A stretch of 63,759 bases of DNA, the filler included, from Raillietiella orientalis (taxonomy: Eukaryota): NCBI GenBank assembly GCA_036172245.1. It is 2 parts of 2 records of this genome, joined end to end, with 100 filler letters (N's around TTAATTAATTAA, not from the genome) between each part and the next. Parts side by side here need not be neighbours in the genome. Positions count along the whole stretch, not along the records: positions 32,095 to 63,759 come from JAYWIR010000200.1; 1 more part is not named here. One strand, 5' to 3'. Positions 35,001 to 50,000 of this stretch are shown here, one piece after another. Positions within the stretch are counted from its first letter, which is position 1. Each line of letters starts with the position of its first letter. Both the position numbers and the translations under genes were made by a program. Below the pieces are notes generated by a model. It made no database searches, was not told where the DNA came from, and saw only the letters and a list, made by a program, of their open reading frames with translations.

Positions 35001-38000
35001 AGATTTCACCATTGCACTTTTGCGCCTCTTCACGTAGCATCCATTTGGAGTGAGTGGCAAATTCCCGTTATGGAGAGCCGCTGAGCCTTCCTATTTTCTG
35101 GTTTCAGAGGATCATTAAGAAAAGTTCGACATTTCATTAGGGCGTGGCACTTTGCATTCTGTGGTGTTTTTATAGTAACCAACGTCGGAATTTGAAAGGC
35201 AATCTTCTCCTTCGCTCTTATTCATTATTTGGTCCAAATTTGCCACTTTTCAGCACTTGTAATGAACTCGAAGTCAGAAGATTTCACCATTGCACTTTTG
35301 CGCCTCTTCACGAAGCATCCATTTGGAGTGAGTGGCAAATTCCCGTCATGGAGATCCGCTGAGCCTCCCTATTTCCTGGTTTGAGAGGATCATTAAGAAG
35401 AGTCCGACATTTCATTAGGGCGTGGCACTTTGCATTCTGTGTTGTTTTCATGGTAACCAATGTCGGAATTTGAAAGGCAATCTTCTCCTTCGCTCTTATT
35501 CATTATTTGGTCCTAATTTGCCACTTTTCAGCTTTTCTAATGATCTCGAAGTCAGAAGGTTTCTCCATTGCACTTTTGCGCCTCTTCACGAAGCATCCAT
35601 TTGCAGTGAGTGGCAAATTCCCGTCATGGAGAGCCGAAGAGCCTCCCAATTTCCTGGTTTCAGAGGATCATCAAGAAGAGTCCGACATTTCATTAGGGCG
35701 TGGCACTTCGCATTCTGTGTTGTTTCCATGGAAACCTATGTCGGAATTTGAAAGGCAATCTTCTCCTCCGCTCTTATTCATTATTTTTTCCTAATTTGCC
35801 ACTTTTCAGCTTTTGTAATGAACTCGAAGTCAGAAGATTTCACCATTGCACTTTTGCGCCTCTTCACGAAGCATCCATTTGGAGTGAGTGGCAAATTCCC
35901 GTTATGGAGAGCCGCTGAGCCTCCCTATTTCCTGGTTTCAGAGGATCATTAAGAAAAGTCCGACATTTCATTAGGGCGTGGCACTTTGCATTCTGTGGTG
36001 TTTTTATGGTAACCAATGTCGGAATTTGAAAGGCAATCTTCTCCTCCGCTCTTATTCATTATTTGGTCCAAATTTGCCACTTTTCAGCACTTGTAATGAA
36101 CTCGAAGTCAGAAGATTTCTCCATTGCACTTTTGCGCCTCTTCACGAAGCTTCCATTTGGAGTGAGTGGCAAATTCCCGTCATGGAGAGCCGCTGAGCCT
36201 CCCTATTTCTTGGTTTCAGAGGATCATTAAGAAGAGACTGACATTTCATTAGGGCGTGGCACTCTGCATACTGTGTTGTTTCCATGGAAACCAATGTCGG
36301 AATTTGAAAGGCAATCTTCTCCTTCGCTCTTATTCATTATTTGGTCCTAATTTGCCACTTTTCAGCTTTTGTAATGAACTCGAAGTCAGAAGATTTCACC
36401 ATTGCACTTTTGCGCCTCTTCACGAAGCATCCATTTGGAGTGAGTGGCAAATTCCCGTCATGGAGAGCCGAAGAGCCTCCCTATTTCCTGGTTTCAGAGG
36501 ATCATCAAGAAGAGTCCGACATTTCATTAGGGCGTGGCACTTTGCATTCTGTGGTGTTTTTATAGTAACCAACGTCGGAATTTGAAAGGCAATCTTCTCC
36601 TTCGCTCTTATTCATTATTTGGTCCAAATTTGCCACTTTTCAGCACTTGTAATGAACTCGAAGTCAGAAGATTTCACCATTGCACTTTTGCGCCTCTTCA
36701 CGAAGCATCCATTTGGAGTGAGTGGCAAATTCCCGTCATGGAGATCCGCTGAGCCTCCCTATTTCCTGGTTTGAGAGGATCATTAAGAAGAGTCCGACAT
36801 TTCATTAGGGCGTGGCACTTATTATTGTGTGTTGTTTTCATGGTATCCAATGTCGGAATTTGAAAGGCAATCTTCTCCGCTCTGATTCATTATTTGGTCC
36901 AAATTTGCCACTTTTCAGGTTTTGTAATCAACTCGAAAGAAGAATTTCACCATTGCACTTTTGCGCCTCTTCACGAAGCATCCATTTGCAGTGAGTGGCA
37001 AATGCCCGTCATGGATAGCCGAAGAGACTCCCAATTTCCTGGTTTCACAGGATCATCAAGAAGAGTCCGACATTTCCTTATGATGTGGCACTTTGCATTC
37101 TGTGTTTTTTTTATGGTAACCAATGTCGGAATTTGAAAGGCAATCTTCTCCTTCGCTCTGATTCATTATTTGGTCCAAATTTCCACTCTTCAGGTTTTGT
37201 AATCAACTCGAAAGCAGAAGATTTCACCATTGCACTTTAGCGCCTCTTTGCGAAGCATCCATTTGCAGTGAGTGGCAAACTCCCGTCATGGGGAGCCGCT
37301 GATCCTCCCAATTTACTGGTTTCAGAGGATCATCAAGAACAGTCCGACATTTCATTAGGATGTGGCACTTTGCATTCTGTGTTGTTTTCATGGTAACCAA
37401 TGTCGGAATTTGAAAGGCAATCTTCTCCTCCGCTCTTATTCATTATTTGGTCCTAATTTGCCACTTTTGAGCTTTTGTAATGAACTCGAAGTCAGAAGAT
37501 TTCACCATTGCACTTTTGCGCCTCTTCACGAAGCATCCATTTGGAGTGAGTGGCAAATTCCCGTCATGGAGATCCGCTGAGCCTCCCTATTTCCTGGTTT
37601 GAGAGGATCATTAAGAATAGTCCGACATTTCATTAGTGCGTGGCACTTTGCATTCTGTGTTGTTTTCATGGTAACCAATGTCGGAATTTGAAAGGCAATC
37701 TTCTCCTTCGCTCTGATTCATTATTTGGTCCAAATTTGCCACTTTTCAGGTTTTGTAATCAACTCGAAAGAAGTAGATTTCACCATTGCACTTTTGCGCC
37801 TCTTCACGAAGCATCCATTTGCAGTGAGTGGCAAATTCCCGTCATGGAGAGCCGCTGAGCCTCCCAATTTCCTGGTTTCAGAGGATCATCAAGAACAGTC
37901 CGACATTTCATTAGGATGTGGCACTTTGCATTCTGTGTTGTTTTCATGGTAACCAATGTCGGAATTTGAAAGGCAATCTTCTCCTTCGCTCTGATTCATT

Positions 38001-41000
38001 ATTTGGTCCAAATTTGCCACTTTTGAGCTTTTGTAATGAACTCGAAGTCAGAAGGTTTCTCCATTGCACTTTTGCGCCTCTTCACGAAGCATCCATTTAC
38101 AGTGAGTGGCAAATGCCCGTCATGGAGAGCCGAAGAGCCTCCCAATTTCCTGGTTTTAGAGGATCATCAAGAAGAGTCCGACATTTCATTATGATGTGCC
38201 ACTTTCCATTCTGTGTTTTTTTTATGGTAACCAATGCCGGAATTTGAAAGGCAATCTTCTCCTTTGCTCTGATTCATTATTTGGTCCAAATTTGCCACTC
38301 TTCAGGTTTTGTAATCAACTCGAAAGCAGAAGATTTCACCATTGCACTTTTGCGCCTCTTTGCGAAGCATCCATTTGCAGTGAGTGGCAAACTCCCGTCA
38401 TGGGGAGCCGCTGATCCTCCCAATTTCCTGGTTTCAGAGGATCATCAAGAACAGTCCGACATTTCATTAGGATGTGGCACTTTGCATTCTGTGTTGTTTT
38501 CATGGTAACCAATGTCGGAATTTGAAAGGCAATCTTCTCCTCCGCTCTTATTCATTATTTGGTCCTAATTTGCCACTTTTGAGCTTTTGTAATGAACTCG
38601 AAGTCAGAAGATTTCACCATTGCACTTTTGCGCCTCTTCACGAAGCATCCATTTGGAGTGAGTGGCAAATTCCCGTCATGGAGAGCCGCTGAGCCTCCCT
38701 ATTTCCTGGTTTCAGAGGATCATCAAGAAGAGTCCGAGATTTCATTAGGATGTGGCACTTTGCATTCTGTGTTTTTTTTATGGCAACCAATGTCGGAATT
38801 TGAAAGGCAATCTTCTCCTTCGCTCTTATTCATTATTTGGTCCTAATTTGCCACTTTTCAGCTTTTGTAATGAACTCGAAGTCAGAAGATTTCACCATTG
38901 CACTTTTGCACCTCTTCACGTAGCATCGATTTGCAGTGAGTGGCAAATTCTTGTCATGGAGAGCCGAAGAGCCTCTTAATTTCTTGTTTTCAGAGGATCA
39001 TTAGGAAGAGTCCGACATTTCATTAGGGCGTGGCACTCTGCATTGTGTGTTGTTTCCATGGAAAGCTATGTCGGAATTTGAAAGGCAATCTTCTCCTTCG
39101 CTCTTATTCATTATTTTTTCCTAATTTGCCACTTTTCAGCTTTTGTAATGAACTCGAAGTCAGAAGATTTCACCATTGCACTTTTGCGCCTCTTCACGAA
39201 GCATCCATTTGGAGTGAGTGGCAAATTCCCGTTATGGAGAGCCGCTGAGCCTCCCTATTTCCTGGTTTCAGAGGATCATTAAGAAAAGTCCGACATTTCA
39301 TTAGGGCGTGGCACTTTGCATTCTGTGGTGTTTTCATGGTAACCCATGTCGGAATTTGAAAGGCAATCTTCTCCTCCGCTCTTATTCATTATTTGGTCCT
39401 AATTTGCCACTTTTGAGCTTTTGTAATGAACTCGAAGTCAGAAGATTTCACCATTGCACTTTTGCGCCTCTTCACGAAGCATCCATTTGGAGTGAGTGGC
39501 AAATTCCCGTCATGGAGATCCGCTGAGCCTCCCTATTTCCTGGTTTGAGAGGATCATTAAGAATAGTCCGACATTTCATTAGTGCGTGGCACTTTGCATT
39601 CTGTGTTGTTTTCATGGTAACCAATTTCGGAATTTGAAAGGCAATCTTCTCCTTCGCTCTGATTCATTATTTGGTCCAAATTTGCCACTTTTCAGGTTTT
39701 GTAATCAACTCGAAAGAAGTAGATTTCACCATTGCACTATTGCGCATCTTCACGGAGCATCCATTTGCAGTGAGTGGCAAATTCCCGTCATGGAGAGCCG
39801 CTGAGCCTCCCAATTTACTGGTTTCAGAGGATCATCAAGAACAGTCCGACATTTCATTAGGATGTGGCACTTTGCATTCTGTGTTGTTTTCATGGTAACC
39901 AATGTCGGAATTTGAAAGGCAATCTTCTCCTTCGCTCTGATTCATTATTTGGTCCAAATTTGCCACTTTTCAGCTTTTGTAATGATCTCCAAGTCACAAG
40001 ATTTCACCATTGCAATTTTGCGCCTCTTCACGAAGCATCCATTTGCAGTGAGTGGCAAATGCCCGTCATGGAGAGCCGAAGAGCCTCCCAATTTCCTGGT
40101 TTCAGAGGATCATCAAGAAGAGTCCGACATTTCATTAGGAAGTGGCACTTTGCATTCTGTGTTGTTTTCATGGTAACCAATGTCGGAATTTGAAAGGCAA
40201 TCTTCTCCTTCGCTCTTATTCATTATTTGGTCCAAATTTCCACTCTTCAGGTTTTGTAATCAACTCGAAAGCAGAAGATTTCACCATTGCACTTTAGCGC
40301 CTCTTTGCGAAGCATCCATTTGCAGTGAGTGGCAAACTCCCGTCATCGGGAGCCGCTGATCCTCCCAATTTACTGGTTTCAGAGGATCATCAAGAACAGT
40401 CCGACATTTCATTAGGATGTGGCACTTTGCATTCTGTGTTGTTTTCATGGTAACCAATGTCGGAATTTGAAAGGCAATCTTCTCCTCCGCTCTTATTCAT
40501 TATTTGGTCCTAATTTGCCACTTTTGAGCTTTTGTAATGAACTCGAAGTCAGAAGATTTCACCATTGCACTTTTGCGCCTCTTCACGAAGCATCCATTTG
40601 CAGTGAGTGGCAAATTCCCGTCATGGAGAGCCGAAGAGCCTCCCAATTTCCTGGTTTCAGAGGATCATCAAGAAGAGTCCGACATTTCATTAGGGCGTGG
40701 CACTTCGCATTCTGTGTTGTTTTCATGGTAACCAATGTCGGAATTTGAAAGGCAATCTTCTCCTTCGCTCTTATTCATTATTTGGTCCTAATTTGCCACT
40801 TTTCAGCTTTTCTAATGATCTCGAAGTCAGAAGGTTTCTCCATTGCACTTTTGCGCCTCTTCACGAAGCATCCATTTGCAGTGAGTGGCAAATTCCCGTC
40901 ATGGAGAGCCGAAGAGCCTCCCAATTTCCTGGTTTCAGAGGATCATCAAGAAGAGTCCGACATTTCATTAGGGCGTGGCACTTCGCATTCTGTGTTGTTT

Positions 41001-44000
41001 CCATGGAAACCTATGTCGGAATTTGAAAGGCAATCTTCTCCTCCGCTCTTATTCATTATTTTTTCCTAATTTGCCACTTTTCAGCTTTTGTAATGAACTC
41101 GAAGTCAGAAGATTTCACCATTGCACTTTTGCGCCTCTTCACGAAGCATCCATTTGGAGTGAGTGGCAAATTCCCGTTATGGAGAGCCGCTGAGCCTCCC
41201 TATTTCCTGGTTTCAGAGGATCATTAAGAAAAGTCCGACATTTCATTAGGGCGTGGCACTTTGCATTCTGTGGTGTTTTTATGGTAACCAATGTCGGAAT
41301 TTGAAAGGCAATCTTCTCCTCCGCTCTTATTCATTATTTGGTCCAAATTTGCCACTTTTCAGCACTTGTAATGAACTCGAAGTCAGAAGATTTCTCCATT
41401 GCACTTTTGCGCCTCTTCACGAAGCTTCCATTTGGAGTGAGTGGCAAATTCCCGTCATGGAGAGCCGCTGAGCCTCCCTATTTCTTGGTTTCAGAGGATC
41501 ATTAAGAAGAGACTGACATTTCATTAGGGCGTGGCACTCTGCATACTGTGTTGTTTCCATGGAAACCAATGTCGGAATTTGAAAGGCAATCTTCTCCTCC
41601 GCTCTTATTCATTATTTGGTCCTAATTTGCCACTTTTCAGCTTTTGTAATGAACTCGAAGTCAGAAGATTTCACCATTGCACTTTTGCGCCTCTTCACGT
41701 AGCATCCATTTGGAGTGAGTGGCAAATTCCCGTTATGGAGAGCCGCTGAGCCTTCCTATTTTCTGGTTTCAGAGGATCATTAAGAAAAGTTCGACATTTC
41801 ATTAGGGCGTGGCACTTTGCATTCTGTGGTGTTTTTATAGTAACCAACGTCGGAATTTGAAAGCCAATCTTCTCCTTCGCTCTTATTCATTATTTGGTCC
41901 AAATTTGCCACTTTTCAGCACTTGTAATGAACTCGAAGTCAGAAGATTTCACCATTGCACTTTTGCGCCTCTTCACGAAGCATCCATTTGGAGTGAGTGG
42001 CAAATTCCCGTCATGGAGATCCGCTGAGCCTCCCTATTTCCTGGTTTGAGAGGATCATTAAGAAGAGTCCGACATTTCATTAGGGCGTGGCACTTTGCAT
42101 TCTGTGTTGTTTTCATGGTATCCAATGTCGGAATTTGAAAGGCAATCTTCTCCTTCGCTCTGATTCATTATTTGGTCCAAATTTGCCACTTTTCAGGTTT
42201 TGTAATCAACTCGAAAGAAGAATTTCACCATTGCACTTTTGCGCCTCTTCACGAAGCATCCATTTGCAGTGAGTGGCAAATGCCCGTCATGGATAGCCGA
42301 AGAGGCTCCCAATTTCCTGGTTTCAGAGGATCATCAAGAAGAGTCCGACATTTCCTTATGATGTGGCACTTTGCATTCTGTGTTTTTTTTATGGTAACCA
42401 ATGTCGGAATTTGAAAGGCAATCTTCTCCTTCGCTCTGATTCATTATTTGGTCCAAATTTCCACTCTTCAGGTTTTGTAATCAACTCGGAAGCAGAGGAT
42501 TTCACCATTGCACTTTAGCGCCTCTTTGCGAACCATCCATTTGCAGTGAGTGGCGAACTCCCGTCATGGGGAGCCGCTGATCCTCCCAATTTACTGGTTT
42601 CAGAGGATCATCAAGAACAGTCCGACATTTCATTAGGATGTGGCACTTTGCATTCTGTGTTGTTTTCATGGTAACCAATGTCGGAATTTGAAAGGCAATC
42701 TTCTCCTCCGCTCTTATTCATTATTTGGTCCTAATTTGCCACTTTTGAGCTTTTGTAATGAACTCGAAGTCAGAAGATTTCACCATTGCACTTTTGCGCC
42801 TCTTCACGAAGCATCCATTTGGAGTGAGTGGCAAATTCCCGTCATGGAGATCCGCTGAGCCTCCCTATTTCCTGGTTTGAGAGGATCATTAAGAAAAGTC
42901 CGACATTTCATTAGGGCGTGGCACTTTGCATTCTGTGTTGTTTAAATGGTAACCAATGTCGGAATTTGAAAGGCAATCTTCTCCTTCGCTCTGATTCATT
43001 ATTTGGTCCAAATTTGCCACTTTTCAGGTTTTGTAATCAACTCGAAAGAAGTAGATTTCACCATTGCACTATTGCGCATCTTCACGGAGCATCCATTTGC
43101 AGTGAGTGGCAAATTCCCGTCATGGAGAGCCGCTGAGCCTCCCAATTTACTGGTTTCAGAGGATCATCAAGAACAGTCCGACATTTCATTAGGATGTGGC
43201 ACTTTGCATTCTGTGTTGTTTTCATGGTAACCAATGTCGGAATTTGAAAGGCAATCTTCTCCTTCGCTCTGATTCATTATTTGGTCCAAATTTGCCACTT
43301 TTCAGCTTTTGTAATGATCTCCAAGTCACAAGATTTCACCATTGCAATTTTGCGCCTCTTCACGAAGCATCCATTTGCAGTGAGTGGCAAATGCCCGTCA
43401 TGGAGAGCCGAAGAGCCTCCCAATTTCCTGGTTTCAGAGGATCATCAAGAACAGTCCGACATTTCATTAGGAAGTGGCACTTTGCATTCTGTGTTGTTTT
43501 CATGGTAACCAATGTCGGAATTTGAAAGGCAATCTTCTCCTTCGCTCTTATTCATTATTTCGTCCAAATTTCCACTCTTCAGGTTTTGTAATCAACTCGA
43601 AAGCAGAAGATTTCACCATTGCACTTTAGCGCCTCTTTGCGAAGCATCCATTTGCAGTGAGTGGCAAACTCCCGTCATGGGGAGCCGCTGATCCTCCCAA
43701 TTTACTGGTTTCAGAGGATCATCAAGAACAGTCCGACATTTCATTAGGATGTGGCACTTTGCATTCTGTGTTGTTTTCATGGTAACCAATGTCGGAATTT
43801 GAAAGGCAATCTTCTCCTCCGCTCTTATTCATTATTTGGTCCTAATTTGCCACTTTTGAGCTTTTGTAATGAACTCGAAGTCAGAAGATTTCACCATTGC
43901 ACTTTTGCTCCTCTTCACGAAGCATCCATTTGCAGTGAGTCGCAAATTCCCGTCATGAAGAGCCGAAGAGCCTCCCAATTTCCTGGTTTGAGAAGATTAA

Positions 44001-47000
44001 TAAGAAGAGTCCGACATTTCATTAGGATGTGGCACATTGCATTCTGTGTTGTATTTATGGCAACCAATGTCGGAATTTGAAAGGCAATCTTCTCCTTCGC
44101 TCTTATTCATTATTTTTTCCTAATTTGCCACTTTTCAGGTTTTGAAATAAAATCGAATTCAGAAGATTTCACCATTGCACTTTTGCACCTCTTCACGTGG
44201 CATCGATTTGCAGTGAGTGGCAAATTCTTGTCATGGAGAGCCGAAGAGCCTCCCAATTTCTTGTTTTCAGAGGATCATTAGGAAGAGTCTGACATTTCAT
44301 TAGGGCGTGGCACTCTGCATTGTGTGTTGTTTCCATGGAAAGCTATGTCGGAATTTGAAAGGCAATCTTCTCCTTCGCTCTTATTCATTATTTTTTCCTA
44401 ATTTGCCACTTTTCAGCTTTTGTAATGAACTCGAAGTCAGAAGATTTCACCATTGCACTTTTGCGCCTCTTCACGAAGCATCCATTTGGAGTGAGTGGCA
44501 AATTCCCGTTATGGAGAGCCGCTGAGCCTCCCTATTTCCTGGTTTCAGAGGATCATTAAGAAAAGTCCGACATTTCATTAGGGCGTGGCACTTTGCATTC
44601 TGTGTTGTTTTCATGGTAACCAATGTCGGAATTTGAAAGGCAATCTTCTCCTTCGCTCTTATTCATTATTTGGTCCTAATTTGCCACTTTTCAGCTTTTG
44701 AAATGAACTCGAAGTCAGAAGATTTCACCATTGCACTTTTGCGCCTCTTCACGAAGCATCCATTTGGAGTGAGTGGCAAATTCCCGTCATGGAGAGCCGC
44801 TGAGCCTCCCTATTTCCTGGTTTCAGAGGATCATCAAGAAGAGTCCGACATTTCATTAGGATGTGGCACTTTGCATTCTGTGTTTTTTTCATGGTAACCA
44901 ATGTCGGAATTTGAAAGGCAATCTTCTCCTTCGCTCTTATTCATTATTTGGTCCTAATTTGCCACTTTTCAGCTTTTGTAATGAACTCGAAGTCAGAAGA
45001 TTTCACCATTGCACTTTTGCGCCTCTTCACGAAGCATCCATTTGCAGTGAGTGGCAAATTCCCGTCATGGAGAGCCGAAGAGCCTCCCAATTTCCTGGTT
45101 TCAGAGGATCATTAAGAAGAGTCCGACATTTCATTAGGATGTGGCACTTTGCATTCTGTGTTGTTTTTATGGTAACCAATGTCGGAATTTGAAAGGCAAT
45201 CTTCTCCTTCGCTCTTATTCATTATTTGGTCCAAATTTGCCACTTTTCAGCTTTTGTAATCAACTCGAAAGCAGAAGATTTCACCATTGCATTTTTGCGC
45301 CTCTTCACGAAGCATCCATTTGCAGTGAGTGGCAAATTCCCGTCATGGAGAGCCGAAGAGCCTCCCAATTTCCTGCTTTCAGAGGATCATCAAGAAGAGT
45401 CCGACATTTCATTAGGATGTGGCACTTTGCATTCTGTGTTTTTTTTATTTTAACAAATGCCGGAATTTGAAAGGCAATCTTCTCCTTCGTTCTGATTCAT
45501 TATTTGGTCCAAATTTGCCACTTTTCAGGTTTTGTAATCAACTCGAAAGCAGAAGATTTCACCATTGCACTTTTGCGCCTCTTCACGAAGCATCCATTTG
45601 CAGTGAGTGGCAAATTCCCGTCATGGAGAGCCGAAGAGCCTCCCAATTTCCTGCTTTCAGAGGATCATCAAGAAGAGTCCGACATTTCATTACGATGTGG
45701 CACTTTGCATTCTGTGGTTTTTTTATTTTAACAAATGCCGGAATTTGAAGGGCAATCTTCTCCTTCGTTCTGATTCATTATTTGGTCCAAATTTGCCACT
45801 TTTCAGCTTTTGTAATGATCTCGAAGTCACAAGATATCACCATTGCATTTTTGCGCCTCTTCACGAAGCATCCATTTGCAGTGAGTGGCAAATTCCCGTC
45901 ATGGAGAGCCGAAGAGCCTCCCAATTTCCTGCTTTCAGAGGATCATCAAGAACAGTCCGACATTTCATTAGGATGTGGCACTTTGCATTCTGTGTTGTTT
46001 TCATGGTAACCAATGTCGGAATTTGAAAGGCAATCTTCTCCTTCGATCTTATTCATTATTTCGTCCAAATTTGCCACTTTTGAGCTTTTGTAATGATCTC
46101 GAAGTCACAAGATTTCACCATTGCATTTTTGCGCCTCTTCACGAAGCATCCATTTGCAGTGAGTGGCAAATTCCCGTCATGGAGAGCCGAAGAGCCTCCC
46201 AATTTCCTGGTTTCAGAGGATCATCAAGAAGAGTCCGACATTTCATTAGGGCGTGGCACTTTGCATTCTGTGTTGTTTTCATGGTAACCAATGTCGGAAT
46301 TTGAAAGGCAATCTTCTCCTTCGCTCTTATTCATTATTTGGTCCTAATTTGCCACTTTTCAGCTTTTGTAATCATCTCGAAGTCAGAAGATTTCACCATT
46401 GCACTTTTGCGCCTCTTCACGAAGCATCCATTTGCAGTGAGTGGCAAATGCCCGTCATGGAGAGCCGCTGATCCTCCCAATTTCCTGCTTTCAGAGGATC
46501 ATCAAGAAGAGTCCGACATTTCATTAGGGCGTGGCACTTTGCATTCTGTGGTGTTTTTATGGTAACCAATTTCGGAATTTGAAAGGCAATCTTCTCCTTC
46601 GCTCTGATTCATTATTTGGTCCAAATTTGCCACTTTTCAGCTTTTGTAATGATCTCCAAGTCACAAGATTTCACCATTGCAATTTTGCGCCTCTTCACGA
46701 AGCATCCATTTGCAGTGAGTGGCAAATTCCCGTCATGGAGAGCCGAAGAGCCTCCCAATTTCCTGGTTTCAGAGGATCATCAAGAACAGTCCGACATTTT
46801 ATTAGGAAGTGGCACTTTGCATTCTGTGTTGTTTTCATGGTAACCAATGTCGGAATTTGAAAGGCAATCTTCTCCTTCGCTCTTATTCATTATTTGGTCC
46901 TAATTTGCCACTTTTCAGCTTTTGTAATGATCTCGAAGTCAGAAGGTTTCTCCATTGCACTTTTGCGCCTCTTCACGAAGCATCCATTTGCAGTGAGTGG

Positions 47001-50000
47001 CAAATTCCCGTCATGGAGAGCCGAAGAGCCTCCCAATTTCCTGGTTTCAGAGGATCATCAAGAAGAGTCCGACATTTCATTAGGGCGTGGCACTTTGCAT
47101 TCTGTGTTGTTTTCATGGTAACCAATGTCGGAATTTGAAAGGCAATCTTCTCCTTCGCTCTGATTCTTCTTGGTCCAAATTTGCCACTTTTCAGGTTTTG
47201 TAATGAACTCGAAAGCAGAAGATTTCACCATTGCACTTTTGCGCCTCTTCACGAAGCATCCATTTGCAGTGAGTGGCAAATTCCCGTCATGGAGAGCCGA
47301 AGAGCCTCCCAATTTCCTGGTTTCAGAGGATCATCAAGAAGAGTCCGACAATTCATTAGGGCGTGGCACTTTGCATTCTGTGTTGTTTTCATGGTAACCA
47401 ATGTCGGAATTTGAAAGGCAATCTTCTCCTTCGCTCTCATTCATTATTTGGTCCTAATTTGCCACTTTTCAGCTTTTCTAATGATCTCGAAGTCAGAAGG
47501 TTTCTCCATTGCACTTTTGCGCCTCTTCACGAAGCATCCATTTGCAGTGAGTGGCAAATTCCCGTCATGGAGAGCCGAAGAGCCTCCCAATTTCCTGGTT
47601 TCAGAGGATCATCAAGAAGAGTCCGACATTTCATTAGGGCGTGGCACTTTGCATTCTGTGTTGTTTTCATGGTAACCAATGTCGGAATTTGAAAGGCAAT
47701 CTTCTCCTTCGCTCTTATTCATTATTTGGTCCAAATTTGCCACTTTTCAGCTTTTGTAATGATCTCGAAGTCACAAGATTTCACCATTGCATTTTTGCGC
47801 CTCTTCACGAAGCATCCATTTGCAGTGAGTGGCAAATGCCCGTCATGGAGAGCCGAAGAGCCTCCCAATTTCCTGCTTTCAGAGGATCATCAAGAAGAGT
47901 CCGACATTTCATTATGATGCGGCACTTTGCATTCTGTGGTGTTTTTATGGTAACCAATGTCGGAATTTCAAAGGCAATCTTCTCCTTCGCTCTTATTCAT
48001 TATTTGGTCCTAATTTGCCAGTTTTCAGCTTTTGTAATCATTTCGAAGTCAGAAGACTTCACCATTGCAATTTTGCGCCTCTTCACGAAGCATCCATTTG
48101 TAGTGAGTGGCAAATTCCCGTCATGGGGAGCCGCTGATCCTCCCAATTTCCTGGTTTCAGAGGATCATCAAGAACAGTCCGACAATTCATTAGGGCGTGG
48201 CACTTTGCATTCTGTGTTGTTTTCATGGTAACCAATGTCGGAATTTGAAAGGCAATCTTCTCCTTCGATCTTATTCATTATTTCGTCCAAATTTGCCACT
48301 TTTGAGCTTTTGTAATGAACTCGAAGTCAGAAGGTTTCTCCATTGCACCTTTGCGCCTTTTCACGAAGCATCCATTTGCAGTGAGTGGAAAATTCCCGTC
48401 ATGGAGAGCCGAAGAGCCTCCCAATTTCCTGGTTTCAGAGGATCATCAAGAACAGTCCGACATTTCATTAGGAAGTGGCACTTTGCATTCTGTTTTTTTT
48501 TTATGGTAACCAATGCCGGAATTTGAAAGGCAATCTTCTCCTTCGTTCTGATTCATTATTTGGTCCAAATTTGCCACTTTTCAGCTTTTGTAATGATCTC
48601 GAAGTCACAAGATTTCACCATTGCATTTTTGCGCCTCTTCACGAAGCATCCATTTGCAGTGAGTGGCAAATTCCCGTCATGGAGAGCCGAAGAGCCTCCC
48701 AATTTCCTGGTTTCAGAGGATCATCAAGAAGAGTCCGACATTTCATTATGATGTGGCACTTTGCATTCTGTGTTTTTTTTATGGTAACCAATGCCGGAAT
48801 TTGAAAGGCAATCTTCTCCTTCGTTCTGATTCATTATTTGGTCCAAATTTGCCACTTTTCAGGTTTTGTAATCAACTCGAAAGCAGAAGATTTCACCATT
48901 GCACTTTTGCGCCTCTTCACGAAGCATCCATTTGCAGTGAGTGGCAAATTCCCGTCATGGAGAGCCGAAGAGCCTCCCAATTTCCTGCTTTCAGAGGATC
49001 ATCAAGAAGAGTCCGACATTTCATTAGGATGTGGCACTTTGCATTCTGTGTTTTTTTTATGGTAACCAATGCCGGAATTTGAAAGGCAATCTTCTCCTTC
49101 GTTCTGATTCATTATTTGGTCCAAATTTGCCACTTTTCAGCTTTTGTAATGATCTCCAAGTCACAAGATTTCACCATTGCATTTTTGCGCCTCTTCACGA
49201 AGCATCCATTTGCAGTGAGTGGCAAATTCCCGTCATGGAGAGCCGAAGAGCCTCCCAATTTCCTGCTTTCAGAGGATCATCAAGAAGAGTCCGACATTTC
49301 ATTAGGATGTGGCACTTTGCATTCTGTGTTTTTTTTATGGTAACCAATGCCGGAATTTGAAAGGCAATCTTCTCCTTCGCTCTGATTCATTATTTGGTCC
49401 AAATTTGCCACTTTTCAGCTTTTGTAATGATCTCCAAGTCACAAGATTTCACCATTGCATTTTTGCGCCTCTTCACGAAGCATCCATTTGCAGTGAGTGG
49501 CAAATTCCCGTCATGGAGAGCCGAAGAGCCTCCCAATTTCCTGCTTTCAGAGGATCATCAAGAAGAGTCCGACATTTCATTAGGATGTGGCACTTTGCAT
49601 TCTGTGTTTTCTTTATGGTAACCAATGTCGGAATTTGAAAGGCAATCTTCTCCTTCGCTCTGATTCATTATTTGGTCCAAATTTGCCACTCTTCAGGTTT
49701 TGTAATGATCTCCATGTCACAAGATTTCACCATTGCAATTTTGCGCCTCTTCACGAAGCATCCATTTGCAGTGAGTGGCAAATTCCCGTCATGGGGAGCC
49801 GAAGAGCCTAACAATTTCCTGGTTTCAGAGGATCATCAAGAACAGTCCGACATTTCATTAGGATGTGGCACTTTGCATTCTGTGTTGTTTTCATGGTAAC
49901 CAATGTCGGAATTTGAAAGGCAATCTTCTCCTTCGCTCTGATTCATTATTTGGTCCAAATTTGCCACTTTTCAGCTTTTGTAATGATCTCCATGTCACAA

